From NCBI GenBank assembly GCA_964623085.1, contig CAZUTO010000003.1, positions 37,863 to 101,862 on the forward strand: a DNA stretch of 64,000 bases, read 5' to 3'. A program made the position numbers and the translations under genes. Numbering within the stretch: position 1 is the stretch's first letter; every line of letters starts with the position of its first letter. This document shows positions 50,904 to 61,061 of this stretch, piece after piece. A model generated the notes under the pieces. The model had not been told where the DNA came from and searched no databases. It saw only the letters and a program-made list of their open reading frames with translations. Source of the DNA: an uncultured Porticoccaceae bacterium. GTDB lineage: Bacteria > Pseudomonadota > Gammaproteobacteria > Pseudomonadales > GM7GCV1.

Positions 50904-52991
50904 CTATCGCACTGGACGAGTGAGCAATAAGGTTTTTATTCTTCTCATAATCACGCCAATCTCTCTATCCAGATCCTTGTCGCCATAAAGCTGACGTTCA
51001 AACAACAAACAAAGCGTTTGTATTTCTCCTTGCCTATCTTCTGGTTGAGATTCAGCTCGCTTTGAGATCTGAGCGGGGGTAGTTGAAGGTGCAATATCCA
51101 TTCCAAATGTGCCACACATTTTGCAAAAAGCGCGATAACGTTTCTCTACTAGCGGGACCACTCGTGCCGGCATCTTTATTCGGAAATAAACCCAAACACA
51201 GACTAGTGCTAGTAATGCAAACGTGGACAACACCAAGAGCAATTTACTCAGACCCCATTTCCCAAAAATGGATTGTAAAAATTGAAGTTGAAGATTGCCG
51301 TCATACCCTAGTACCCAGCGTGCCCAGAGGTATTCCGCATTGTCTAAGCGCAACCTTAGCCAGTTCGCCCAAGCAACATCTTGAAATCGATTAAGCGACA
51401 GCCCACTTTCGGCAAGAAACCCTTGCTCAGATTCAAATAACTGACGCGCGCCTAGCTGAATGCGCTCTGGCGCAACGGCAGCGGTGGGATCAATCCTTTT
51501 CCAACCAGACACTGGGCTCCAATATTCTGCCCACGCATGGGCATCAAACTGATGCACCAAAATATAATCGCTGTAGGGGCTTGTTTCACCACCTTGATAA
51601 CCCGTCACTACTCGCGCTGGCACACCCGCCGCTCGAAGTAGCACCACTGCTGCGCCAGAAAAGTGCTCGCAGAATCCGCTCTGCCTATCAAATAAAAACT
51701 CGTCGATACCATCTAGACCATAGGTACCCGGCTCTAATGTGTAGATAAATTCGCGATTAAAGAGACTCGTTATCCTCTCTACAATTTGCTCCGGATTCAG
51801 TCCTTCGGCTTTCCATGATTCACCTAACTCAAGCGCGCGCGGATTGTAATTGTCTGGCAGACTCAAATTTCTCTCACGAGTTTGCGCACTGAGGCCCTCG
51901 ACCTGAAACTGATAGTCCAGAAAGGACTCAACGTCATACTTCACTCGACTTCTAATAGGACGCCGGCTAATTAGACGCAGATCCTGGGTCATTCCAAAAT
52001 CAGTGCGATCTGTTATAGGCGCCGCTAATGAAAATAACCAATTTTGATAAGTGGGTTCTAGATAAACTTCGTAGGAGGTCGATCTTGAACCATAATCAAT
52101 TTCGGTTTGCCAGCGCTCTTCATCGCGCTGGCCAGCCCATGCAGTCGTTACGAATTCGTTCAACGCTGATGCCCCACCACCTTGGTCAGAGCCTAGATTA
52201 ATAGTGCTACTGCGCCAAGTCGTTCCATCAAAATCACTAAACACTAACCCGCGCCAATACATCTCAGATTTCGCCGGCACAGATTCATCAAAGGCCACTC
52301 GAAAAGCCAATTCATCTGATCGAGTCAAATCGCCAATACTTCCAGGGGTCATTGAGTCAGACACACCTGTCTTTGCTTGATCTTGCTGTCCGGGCACCAC
52401 CCAAAAAGATGGTAATCGCGGGGCAAAGACGAATATAACAAGCATCAAAGGTATGGAAAGTAAAACTAGCTTAGCCGCACTCAGTAACGGCTTTACACTA
52501 AAACCCGCAATTGAAAATTGTTGGCTAGGTGAGCGTTGCAGGATGTTTTGAGCGCTCAGCGTCACCAGCACTGACACAAGTGCTATTGCAAACGCATAGA
52601 TTTCAGCGGCATAGATAAGCTGGATCCCTGCAATAAAGTAACAGAGATATACCAACAGTTGCGCATCACGCAGTCGTCTCATTTCTAAATATTTGAGGCA
52701 ACTCGCCGTTAACAGCAATGCCGTCATAGGTTCTAGGCCAACCGGTGGCCAATAGGTCGCAAGATCGGCTGCTATTAGAGTGGCCGCAAGAAGAAACATC
52801 ATTGTTCGCGATGGCTTTACACTGCCACGCCAAAGCATAGCTGCTCGCCAACCAATGCCCATTAGCGTTAAAAGTGGAACCCAGAATGGCAGCCAAAACC
52901 AGATAGGCGCAGCCGAAAAAAGCAGCGCCAACATCAGCCAACCCTGTTGAACCCGAGATAGCTGAAGGTCGGAGATAGCGGTTTTACTCAA
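50904..52991 (-). CDS. Transglutaminase-domain membrane protein (TgpA-like, DUF3488 N-domain)
   Basis: Multi-TM N-terminus. The transglutaminase core has the Cys context QSGFCEHFSGAAVVLLRAAGVPARVVTGYQGG and a downstream HAWAEYW. The TTG start overlaps the DUF58 stop. Confidence 0.8.
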   Translation of the reverse strand: MSKTAISDLQLSRVQQGWLMLALLFSAAPIWFWLPFWVPLLTLMGIGWRAAMLWRGSVKPSRTMMFLLAATLIAADLATYWPPVGLEPMTALLLTASCLKYLEMRRLRDAQLLVYLCYFIAGIQLIYAAEIYAFAIALVSVLVTLSAQNILQRSPSQQFSIAGFSVKPLLSAAKLVLLSIPLMLVIFVFAPRLPSFWVVPGQQDQAKTGVSDSMTPGSIGDLTRSDELAFRVAFDESVPAKSEMYWRGLVFSDFDGTTWRSSTINLGSDQGGGASALNEFVTTAWAGQRDEERWQTEIDYGSRSTSYEVYLEPTYQNWLFSLAAPITDRTDFGMTQDLRLISRRPIRSRVKYDVESFLDYQFQVEGLSAQTRERNLSLPDNYNPRALELGESWKAEGLNPEQIVERITSLFNREFIYTLEPGTYGLDGIDEFLFDRQSGFCEHFSGAAVVLLRAAGVPARVVTGYQGGETSPYSDYILVHQFDAHAWAEYWSPVSGWKRIDPTAAVAPERIQLGARQLFESEQGFLAESGLSLNRFQDVAWANWLRLRLDNAEYLWARWVLGYDGNLQLQFLQSIFGKWGLSKLLLVLSTFALLALVCVWVYFRIKMPARVVPLVEKRYRAFCKMCGTFGMDIAPSTTPAQISKRAESQPEDRQGEIQTLCLLFERQLYGDKDLDREIGVIMRRIKTLLLTRPVR

Positions 52992-53971
52992 CTGTTATTC
53001 ACTCGCATTTCAACCTCGTTGTCATCTGACATAAAACACGCAAGCGTCGTAAGCACCTGAACAAGATGTGCCTCACCTTGGGCAGGGGGCAGCAACGTAC
53101 CCGGTATTTTTAGCCCATAGTGCTGACCCAATTGTTCCATTTGTATCGCTTTGGCACAGAGCGCGCTCAGTCGTTTTTCTGTATCGAGATCGGGGTAATA
53201 CTCCCAATCCAACCACTCCGGATTGGAGGTGTTTGCTTCAAATTTTTTCTCGAGCATGCCTCGGCCTGCAGAATACTGTTTCCAAGCAATACGCTGCATA
53301 GGAACGCCTGGCTGCCAGGTTTCCAATCCACCAAAATCATCGATGCCGCGTTTATGAGCTTGTCCTTCCATTCCCTCAGATCCGACGTCATCGACCGCCG
53401 GTGCTTCGATAGGTTCTGGAAACACTAATGCTGGCGCACTCAGTTTAGGTAACGTCCAAGCTCTGATAATACCCAATGGATAGCTAGATTCAATTTTCAA
53501 TCTACCCGGGCGCAGCCAACCTCGTTGTTTAGTCGGTAAACTAATTTCCAAATTTGTATCAGTGTCTGCGGGAATATCTGCTATTACCTGCTCTGCACCA
53601 GCCCATTCAAAACGAAGCCGCAATCGCGGCGACTTGCCGCGGTTATTGACCTTCAAATGAACGATTAACGGCTCACCGACGAAAGCTTGGCTGCATCCTG
53701 CAACTGAAACTGTCAGCCCACTTAGATTGCTATGAGTGGCAAAAATGGCGGATATAAATACTGCCAGCAATAAGTACGACAGCAGCAATACTAGATTGTT
53801 TTCATAGTTGGTTCCGACCAACCACAGCAATAAAACAACCAAGAAGAAACCCACAGATTGGCGAGCCGGAACAATATAGATATTCTTCTGGGTGAGTGTT
53901 TCAGAAGTCGCAAGTGGCTGTCGCCGATCTAACCATTGACGAATATGTTGTCGCGCAGATTGAACCAGCAT
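52988..53971 (-). CDS. DUF58-family protein (MoxR partner)
   Basis: Two N-terminal TM helices, about 330 aa, positioned between MoxR and the transglutaminase as in known MoxR-DUF58-TgpA operons. Confidence 0.72.
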   Translation of the reverse strand: MLVQSARQHIRQWLDRRQPLATSETLTQKNIYIVPARQSVGFFLVVLLLWLVGTNYENNLVLLLSYLLLAVFISAIFATHSNLSGLTVSVAGCSQAFVGEPLIVHLKVNNRGKSPRLRLRFEWAGAEQVIADIPADTDTNLEISLPTKQRGWLRPGRLKIESSYPLGIIRAWTLPKLSAPALVFPEPIEAPAVDDVGSEGMEGQAHKRGIDDFGGLETWQPGVPMQRIAWKQYSAGRGMLEKKFEANTSNPEWLDWEYYPDLDTEKRLSALCAKAIQMEQLGQHYGLKIPGTLLPPAQGEAHLVQVLTTLACFMSDDNEVEMRVNNS

Positions 53972-53983
53972 TATGACAATGCG

Positions 53984-54904
53984 TTAGGCAGCAAGAATAT
54001 CTATCGTTTGCATCCATTGTTCTATCTCAGCAATGGAGCTTTGGGTGCCAGTTGTCCGACTAGCAAGGCGATGACTGAACACCGACGCGACCACCGCTTG
54101 GACATCATCCGGCGTCAGATAATCTCTTCCGGACAACATCGCCCATGCTTTAGCTGCCGATAATAGCGCCAAGCCGCCACGCGGTGAGATTCCATGAACG
54201 AACTGCGTTCCTTCCCTAGTGGCAGCCAACAAGCGCTGCACATAATCTAATACAACGTCTGTTACTTTAATATCTTTCAGTGCCAACTTAGCTTGTTCAA
54301 GTTCTTCTGCTGAAACACATACCCTTAAATCATCAATCAGATCGCGTGGATTCTGACCATCAAGTATCGTGCGCTCTGTATTAAAGTCAGGGTACCCGAG
54401 CGATATGCGCATCAAGAAACGGTCGAGCTGAGATTCCGGTAAAGGAAAGGTGCCAGCAAGGGAATGAGGATTTTGAGTAGCAATCACAAAGAATGGATTG
54501 GGCAAATCCCGCGTCACGCCATCCAGCGACACTTGACGCTCCTCCATTGCTTCGAGCAACGCCGACTGTGTTTTAGGGCTAGATCGATTGATCTCATCCG
54601 CCAACAAAAGTTGACAAAAAACTGGGCCAGAAACAAACTCGAAGTCCCCGCTGGTTTTATTCATCATTGAAAAACCAGTCAGATCCGCCGGCAACATATC
54701 ACTGGTAAACTGAATACGGTTGTAATCCAAACCTGTGACTTTAGCGAGCGCATGGGCTAGCGTTGTTTTCCCCAGCCCAGGCAAGTCTTCAATCAGTAAA
54801 TGTCCACCAGCAAGCATAGTGGCCAAAGACAACTTGACCGACTGCTCCTTGCCCATCAAAACTCTACCTATCTCTGCAACGGCAGACTGCAGTTTCTCGT
54901 GCAA
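53984..54904 (-). CDS. MoxR-family AAA+ ATPase
   Basis: GGHLLIEDLPGLGKTTLAHALA (Walker A), LLADEINRSSPKTQSALLEAMEE (Walker B/sensor), and IATQNP. It uses a TTG start. Confidence 0.9.
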   Translation of the reverse strand: MHEKLQSAVAEIGRVLMGKEQSVKLSLATMLAGGHLLIEDLPGLGKTTLAHALAKVTGLDYNRIQFTSDMLPADLTGFSMMNKTSGDFEFVSGPVFCQLLLADEINRSSPKTQSALLEAMEERQVSLDGVTRDLPNPFFVIATQNPHSLAGTFPLPESQLDRFLMRISLGYPDFNTERTILDGQNPRDLIDDLRVCVSAEELEQAKLALKDIKVTDVVLDYVQRLLAATREGTQFVHGISPRGGLALLSAAKAWAMLSGRDYLTPDDVQAVVASVFSHRLASRTTGTQSSIAEIEQWMQTIDILAA

Positions 54905-54970
54905 CTAAGACACTCCTTACAACATTAGATAAATAAGGATAATTGCGCTGTCACAGGTTTAGGTCAACGA

Positions 54971-55771
54971 CTAAAAGCCAAAACCGTCGAGTAGTCCCTC
55001 AATTTTCTCTTTGGCTTCGCCTAATTCTTCAGTACTGCCTTCTATCAAGCCTTCGACTTTATCCTTGGCTGCATCTAACTCATCGGTCACACCATCAACC
55101 TGATTACGTAATTCCGACACTAAAGCAGATCCAAAGACGGCACTGCCTGCAGCGGCAGTAATTTGTTGGAAGATCTGCGCAGAAGCTTCTGACACGGTTG
55201 CACCACTGGAATTTCGTCCAATATCTGTCAATACAAGATCCGGCATAGGAACCTGGATAGTTCTACCGCCTAATCGACTATCTTTAACAGTTATAGTGGC
55301 GCCCGAAAGCGAAAATTTTTCGATAATAACTTTCGTCTCGTCTTCAGACCCTTCCTCTTCATCCGAACTACCACCAGTATTCTTTTCGATGTTATCCATT
55401 AACGTTTTAAAATTATCGCCAGCTGCACCGTTTTCATAAAAGATCTTCGGATCAACAATATTAATGTTGTGGACGACAATCACATCTTCACGCAGTGTGG
55501 TGGCATCAACTTCTAAGTCGATGGCACCTAATGTGAATGCATTCGGGTGCTCAAACCCTGCAGGGTTACCAACAACAAATCCATTCAACGAACCAGAGCC
55601 ATCTAGCGGCGAAAGGCGTGCGCTATCAAGTCTGACTTCAGTTCCCGTCACTTCTGGGCCAACGCGCTCTACCGCAGCCTTGATAATGACGTCCATGTAA
55701 AACCAAATCGCTACTAGCGCCAATATGAGTAGTATGACTAACCCACCAAATAGTTTGAGTACTAGCTTCAT
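54971..55771 (-). CDS. Membrane-anchored protein of unknown function (AsmA/DUF748-like N-region, acidic linker, repeated C-terminal helices)
   Basis: N-terminal TM (LFGGLVILLILALVAIWFY), a beta-rich region, the linker GGSSDEEEGSEDE, and two ELxxAKxKxEGLxxG repeats at the C-terminus. It lies 66 nt upstream of MoxR on the same strand. Confidence 0.45.
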   Translation of the reverse strand: MKLVLKLFGGLVILLILALVAIWFYMDVIIKAAVERVGPEVTGTEVRLDSARLSPLDGSGSLNGFVVGNPAGFEHPNAFTLGAIDLEVDATTLREDVIVVHNINIVDPKIFYENGAAGDNFKTLMDNIEKNTGGSSDEEEGSEDETKVIIEKFSLSGATITVKDSRLGGRTIQVPMPDLVLTDIGRNSSGATVSEASAQIFQQITAAAGSAVFGSALVSELRNQVDGVTDELDAAKDKVEGLIEGSTEELGEAKEKIEGLLDGFGF

Positions 55772-55847
55772 CGGATTCCCCTATACAATGACTGTCAAAT
55801 TAAAATCAGTCTAACACTCTCATTAATACTCTCAAAGACGAAATAAA

Positions 55848-56597
55848 GTGGCGGGATTAACCTACTTAATTAGCGGATTTGGCTTGGTTTTCCGAAAAGG
55901 CATTAAGCGATACACACTTGGGCCAATCGCCATTAACCTAATGCTTTATCTCTTTGCCGGTTTCTATTTAGTCGAACAATTCTCCCACCTACTAGACTGG
56001 GGCATCAGCCTAATTCCTGACTGGCTCAGCTTCTTATCACCTATAGCTTGGCTAATGTTTGCTGTACTAAGTTTCTTGGTCGCAGGATACAGCTTTGCCA
56101 TGATCGCCATGATCATTGGCGCACCGTTTCATGGTCTTTTAGCTGAAAAGGTTGCTATTGAGCTCGGTTATCGTGAGTTCGACGAACCCATAACATTGCA
56201 AGTACTGTGGCGAATCGCAGCACGTTCGCTTAAACGCGAACTCACCAAATTACTCTATTACATACCGCGAATTTTCGCAGTTGTTTTGGCTACATTTGCC
56301 CTAAGCTTTATTCCCATTCTGAATATTCTAGCTCCTGCGTTTACACTGGGCTGGGCAGCATGGTCAATGGCGATTCAAGTTATCGACTATCCCGCCGATA
56401 ACGACCAAATCGAATTCCGACCTATGCTGGCAATGATGAAAAAAAAGCGCGGCGCTTGCCTTATTTTCGGAGGCTCGTCGTCATTTTTAATGAGTATTCC
56501 AGTGATCAACTTAATCGCGATCCCCGCTGCAGTCGCAGGAGCAACAAAATTGTGGCTGGAAGAATTTGAAAACAACGCTGAGAGCTCAGCGCCATAG
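55848..56597 (+). CDS. cysZ: Sulfate transporter CysZ
   Basis: IGAPFHGLLAEKVAIEL and IDYPADNDQIEFRPMLAMMKKKRG align with E. coli CysZ (IAAPFNGLLAEQLEARL; CDYPFDNHKVPFKEMRTAL). It uses a GTG start. Confidence 0.85.
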   Translation: MAGLTYLISGFGLVFRKGIKRYTLGPIAINLMLYLFAGFYLVEQFSHLLDWGISLIPDWLSFLSPIAWLMFAVLSFLVAGYSFAMIAMIIGAPFHGLLAEKVAIELGYREFDEPITLQVLWRIAARSLKRELTKLLYYIPRIFAVVLATFALSFIPILNILAPAFTLGWAAWSMAIQVIDYPADNDQIEFRPMLAMMKKKRGACLIFGGSSSFLMSIPVINLIAIPAAVAGATKLWLEEFENNAESSAP

Positions 56598-56624
56598 ATG
56601 ACAAAGGCCTTAGACGATGCTCCG

Positions 56625-57746
56625 CTATATGGCAATCAGCGCACCGGACTGCAGTAGTAGCTTTATCAATTCAGGACTCAATTTATCGGTCTCTATCTCG
56701 GTATCACAAATCATCTCTGCCTCATGGTCAGATACCGAATAGCTAACGCCGTCTACAAACAGCTCTGCAAAATGGGACCCCGTAATACGATAGGCAAAGC
56801 GGCTATGCGGCGAACGCTCAATGAGCGCACAACCATTTTTAATATCCACAAGGATAGACTCCACCTCTTCGTCAGTGAGCAAGTCAGCAGCATCCAAATA
56901 TCGCGGTTCAGTAACCTGGGCAATAAAAGCTTGTTTTACTGCAAACATAAGATCAGATTTGCTAACACCGTCAAAAAGCGCATCTAAACCATCGTCAACC
57001 GATTTACCGATCAGCGAGCCACCCTGGAGTCGTTCTGAATCTCGATACCGGAGGCTTTCGGGAAGCTCTGCCGCCAAACGCTCTGCCGCGCTCACCAATA
57101 GCTCCGCCGCCGAAGGCGCGCGGAAACCGATAGACCAGGTAACACTTCCTTCCTTCCCTGCGGTCCCCCAGTGGGCCATACCCGCGGGAATATACAGCAT
57201 GTCGCCAGCTCTGACTTGATATTGATTACTCTGCTCGAAGTGATCGAGCAAACGTAAAGGCTGGTCAACGCGCAGTGCAGAGGTTTCATCACAACGCTGG
57301 CCAAGACGCCAGTTCCTTTGACCAGAAACTTGCAGAAGAAAAACATCGTAATTATCAAAATGAGGCCCTACGCCACCACCTGGAGGCGCATAGCTAATCA
57401 TGACATCGTCTAGTCGCCAGCGTGGCAGAAAATGAAACTGTTTTAAAACCTCCGCGACTTCAGGCACCCATTGGTCGACCGACTGCACAAGAAGTGTCCA
57501 GTTTTCTTTCGGCAATTCACCAAACTTTTCTTCAGTAAATGGGCCATTCTCTACACGCCATTGATCGGTTGCCGAGTTCCAGTGAACCAACCTCGATTCC
57601 ACATCGCTCTCAAGAGAAAGGCCTGCAAGCTCGTCCACACTAAGTACATTTTCGAACTGTTTGGCGGCATTACGAATAAATAGTGGTTTGCTCTGCCAAT
57701 AATCTCGCAGAAATCGTTCAATACCAATGGTGCCAATGATCGACAT
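56625..57746 (-). CDS. JmjC/cupin ribosomal protein oxygenase (YcfD/RoxA-like)
   Basis: 373 aa, as for E. coli YcfD. FLRDYWQSKPLFIRNA; the metal-site context GGGVGPHFDNYDVFLLQVSG and a later HWG. Confidence 0.8.
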   Translation of the reverse strand: MSIIGTIGIERFLRDYWQSKPLFIRNAAKQFENVLSVDELAGLSLESDVESRLVHWNSATDQWRVENGPFTEEKFGELPKENWTLLVQSVDQWVPEVAEVLKQFHFLPRWRLDDVMISYAPPGGGVGPHFDNYDVFLLQVSGQRNWRLGQRCDETSALRVDQPLRLLDHFEQSNQYQVRAGDMLYIPAGMAHWGTAGKEGSVTWSIGFRAPSAAELLVSAAERLAAELPESLRYRDSERLQGGSLIGKSVDDGLDALFDGVSKSDLMFAVKQAFIAQVTEPRYLDAADLLTDEEVESILVDIKNGCALIERSPHSRFAYRITGSHFAELFVDGVSYSVSDHEAEMICDTEIETDKLSPELIKLLLQSGALIAI

Positions 57747-57941
57747 TTTCTAAATTCGTTCCGAGCAGGTTTTTGAGTGAAGGGAGGTTAGTCTGAACCG
57801 GCTAGTTATTATAGCCATCAATTAAACCTATTAGTTCACGGCACCCTGTTCCTAAAAATTGATTTTCAGTAGAATTACAGCTATTCATTCAACAAATATC
57901 TAATTTGCGGTGGCTTTACGCGTCACTCAGCAGGAGAGATC

Positions 57942-58889
57942 ATGTCACCTATTACTGTGTGCGCGCTATACAAATTCGTGCGCCTTGAGAATTTTGAATT
58001 ATTGAAACCAGATCTTCTGGATTTAATGCTTGATCAAAGCGTCCGCGGAACAATCTTGCTTGCACCCGAAGGGATCAACGGCACCATTTCCGGTACATCA
58101 GACGGTATTGAGCGAGTGCTGAGCTTTCTAAATACTGACCCAAGATTGAATCCTATCGACTGTAAGTTTTCCTATCATGATAAAAAACCGTTTTTGCGCA
58201 CCAAAGTTAAGCTAAAAAAAGAAATCGTGACCATGGGATGCGATGACATTGACCCAAATCGATCAGCCGGAACCTATGTGCAGCCCAAAGATTGGAACAA
58301 CCTTATCTCCGATCCTGATGTCGTGGTAGTTGACACACGCAACGACTACGAATGCGAAATTGGATCATTTAAACATGCTATCAACCCGAAAACTGAAAGT
58401 TTCCGCGAATTTCCAGCCTATGCGAACAAACATCTCGATTCCAACAAACACAAAAAAGTAGCAATGTTCTGCACCGGTGGTATTCGCTGCGAAAAGTCCA
58501 CTGCCTACCTTAAACAACAGGGGTTTGAAGAGGTGTACCATCTGCAAGGCGGTATTCTAAAATATCTAGAAGAAGTGCCTGAAGAAGAGTCGCTTTGGGA
58601 AGGAGAGTGTTTCGTATTTGATGATCGTGTCGCCGTAAATCATCAACTCAACAAAGGCTCATACGACCAATGCCATGCTTGCCGTTACCCGATCACTGAG
58701 ACCGATAAAAAGCATGCTCATTACCAGAGCGGGGTGAGCTGTCCTCGTTGTTTCGAAACACTAAGCGACAGACAAAAACAGCGTTTTACCGAACGAGAAA
58801 AGCAAATGCAACTAGCGAAAGAACGAGGCGAAAAACATCTCGGCGCAGAGGCCGCTATCGCGTCTAATATCGCGCCTAAAACACCGTAA
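57942..58889 (+). CDS. trhO: Rhodanese-domain tRNA uridine(34) hydroxylase TrhO (YceA/UPF0176)
   Basis: [13 protein letters not shown]-domain, the rhodanese active-site loop [11 protein letters not shown], and a C-terminal Cys cluster. Confidence 0.88.
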   Translation: MSPITVCALYKFVRLENFELLKPDLLDLMLDQSVRGTILLAPEGINGTISGTSDGIERVLSFLNTDPRLNPIDCKFSYHDKKPFLRTKVKLKKEIVTMGCDDIDPNRSAGTYVQPKDWNNLISDPDVVVVDTRNDYECEIGSFKHAINPKTESFREFPAYANKHLDSNKHKKVAMFCTGGIRCEKSTAYLKQQGFEEVYHLQGGILKYLEEVPEEESLWEGECFVFDDRVAVNHQLNKGSYDQCHACRYPITETDKKHAHYQSGVSCPRCFETLSDRQKQRFTEREKQMQLAKERGEKHLGAEAAIASNIAPKTP

Positions 58890-58944
58890 GTTAGCATTAC
58901 CAGAACGGGCCAAACAGAAAGAATGCGGTAGCAATTTGTTCTGG

Positions 58945-60051
58945 CTAGCCTGTTTCATTAACAATATCACTTGATAGAGAATCAGCATCTGCATGCTCTG
59001 CTTCCAAGCTATCAAGCTTCGCCTCAAAAACATCTCCTGATCCCATCAACATACCGATCCAGCGAGTATCTGGAAATACTTCAAGTGCGATTTTTACCAT
59101 CATCGTCAGAGGCACCGAAAGCAACATGCCAATGGGCCCCATCACCCATCCCCAAAACACCAATGAAACCAATACAATCAAAGGCGAAAGACCTAGACCC
59201 TTACCCATAACTTTAGGTTCAATAACATTGCCAACAATCCCGTTGATGGCCACATACCCCGCACCAGTAAACAATGCCGTCAAAGGGCCAAGCTGAACTA
59301 ATGCAAGCAATACGGCAGGGACAGCAGCGAGCAATGAACCCAGAGTAGGAACGAAGTTTAGAAGAAATGCCAAGGTTCCCCAGAGAACGGCGTAGTCAAC
59401 GCCAAGAACAGTGAGCAGTAACCAAGCGAGAAAGCCGGTTAGCAAGCTGATTACCGCCTTAATGGCCATGTATTCGTTAATTGTTTTGGTAATCGCCTGC
59501 AGTGACTCAACGCCGCCTTTTGCTCTAGGCAGCGCAATGCCGACTTTCTCGTATAGGCTCATTTCTTCGCCGACGACGAATATGACAGTAAGCAAGATTA
59601 GAAAGGCATTGGTCATCATATGGCCAAGCGACGAAAGCACCACCCCCGCGAGCGGAAACACACGTTCAGGATTTACCATAGACTGAAACTGCTCAAGATC
59701 CAGATCTAACCCAAAGCTAGCAACCCAAGCAATAAACCCACTTCCCATAGTCGAAAGCCGCTCTTGATAAAGTGGCATATCATCGGCAAACCCTCTCATG
59801 GATGTCCCTAAAATACTGCCCAACAAAACGCCCACAATGATCAATGCCAAGATAACTAGCAACACAGATAGTCCGTGTGACAAGCCTCTTTCGCGAAGAA
59901 TTTGGATGGGCGGCATACAGAGAACGGAGATAAAAATCGCCATTAAAAATGGAACCAACAAATCTGCCGAGGCTTTTACGCCCGCAATAATTACAACTAC
60001 TGCCGCTGCATAGATAAGAAAGCGGCCAATGGGTGAAAATGATGCATCCAT
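58945..60051 (-). CDS. AI-2E family transporter (PerM/YhhT-like)
   Basis: 368-aa polytopic protein with the family-typical NFVPTLGS and VLSVPLT motifs. Confidence 0.85.
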   Translation of the reverse strand: MDASFSPIGRFLIYAAAVVVIIAGVKASADLLVPFLMAIFISVLCMPPIQILRERGLSHGLSVLLVILALIIVGVLLGSILGTSMRGFADDMPLYQERLSTMGSGFIAWVASFGLDLDLEQFQSMVNPERVFPLAGVVLSSLGHMMTNAFLILLTVIFVVGEEMSLYEKVGIALPRAKGGVESLQAITKTINEYMAIKAVISLLTGFLAWLLLTVLGVDYAVLWGTLAFLLNFVPTLGSLLAAVPAVLLALVQLGPLTALFTGAGYVAINGIVGNVIEPKVMGKGLGLSPLIVLVSLVFWGWVMGPIGMLLSVPLTMMVKIALEVFPDTRWIGMLMGSGDVFEAKLDSLEAEHADADSLSSDIVNETG

Positions 60052-60082
60052 AAAATAGTAGCTCCTGCAGCGTTAGATACGG

Positions 60083-60268
60083 TTATGCGAAGCCTAGTTT
60101 CTTTGCGTATAACCAAGCGATTAACCCGAGTATTGCCACAATACCCCAAAGAATCAGCGCTAATCTAATAGGACGAAACGGCCGACGTTCTATGTCGTTA
60201 TACCCCGAATTGATAAACCCATCGACTTTAGCTTGATCATCAGGAGACAGCTTATTCTCTGTTTTCAT
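60083..60268 (-). CDS. Small single-TM protein of unknown function
   Basis: 61 aa with one C-terminal TM (IRLALILWGIVAILGLIAWLY). It is on the same strand as, and 31 nt upstream of, the AI-2E transporter. Confidence 0.45.
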   Translation of the reverse strand: MKTENKLSPDDQAKVDGFINSGYNDIERRPFRPIRLALILWGIVAILGLIAWLYAKKLGFA

Positions 60269-60352
60269 AGCCTTACACCGGATTAATGTGGCATATTTTT
60301 ACTAAATTTGATAACTTCATCACAAATAGAATTAAATGCAGCACCCAAAAGT

Positions 60353-61054
60353 ATGTTAGCACCTTTATCTAAAGCTCTGATTCCAACGGTATGCCATCTC
60401 TGCGCAGATTCGGGCGAGCATAGCATTCCAAATCTTTGCGCAGCCTGTCAAAGCAATATCCCGTATATAGATCATGCTTGCGAACATTGCTCACTTCCAA
60501 TTAGCAGCGAACACACTTTTTGCAACCAATGTGCCGCAAATCGACCAGTCTATGACACCAGCCTGACCGTATTCCATTATAAAAAACCGATGGATGTTCT
60601 ATTCAACCGGCTCAAGCATCATCGAGACATTACGGTCGCCGCCACCTTCGCTAACCTATTGGCAGACAAAATCATCTCATCTAATGCCGAGCTACCGGAC
60701 ATCATTATACCTATTCCTCTAAATTGGAAGCGCCAGCTTATGCGTGGTTTTAATCATAGCCAAGCTATCGCAGCGTTGCTTGCTGGAAGGCTTGGAGTCA
60801 ATTTGGATGCAAAAGCACTCACTCGAGTGACCAATAGTGCACCGCAACAAGGCCTCTCTAGAGTTGAACGCCTAAAGAATCTCGATCGCTGCTTCGAAGC
60901 CAACAAATCGGTTCGCAACAAAAAAGTGGCTATCGTCGATGACGTTATTACAACTGGCGCCACAATGCAGGCAGCAGCCACCGCGCTTTACATTAAAGGA
61001 ACGACGAGTATTTCAGCTTGGTCCGTAGCGCGCACACCTGAAACCAAAAAGTAA
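60353..61054 (+). CDS. comF: ComF/GntX-family protein (zinc-finger plus phosphoribosyltransferase domain)
   Basis: N-terminal Cys pairs (CHLC...CAAC...CEHC...CNQC) and the PRTase motif VAIVDDVITTGAT. The ATG at 60353 is preferred over the TTG at 60308. Confidence 0.8.
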   Translation: MLAPLSKALIPTVCHLCADSGEHSIPNLCAACQSNIPYIDHACEHCSLPISSEHTFCNQCAANRPVYDTSLTVFHYKKPMDVLFNRLKHHRDITVAATFANLLADKIISSNAELPDIIIPIPLNWKRQLMRGFNHSQAIAALLAGRLGVNLDAKALTRVTNSAPQQGLSRVERLKNLDRCFEANKSVRNKKVAIVDDVITTGATMQAAATALYIKGTTSISAWSVARTPETKK

Positions 61055-61061
61055 GGCGTCG

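Noticed and set aside
58890-58944. CCAGAAC...GTTCTGG inverted repeat between the convergent trhO and AI-2E transporter genes
   Set aside because: The 7-bp arms are separated by about 31 nt with no U-tract, so it is unlikely to form a functional terminator.
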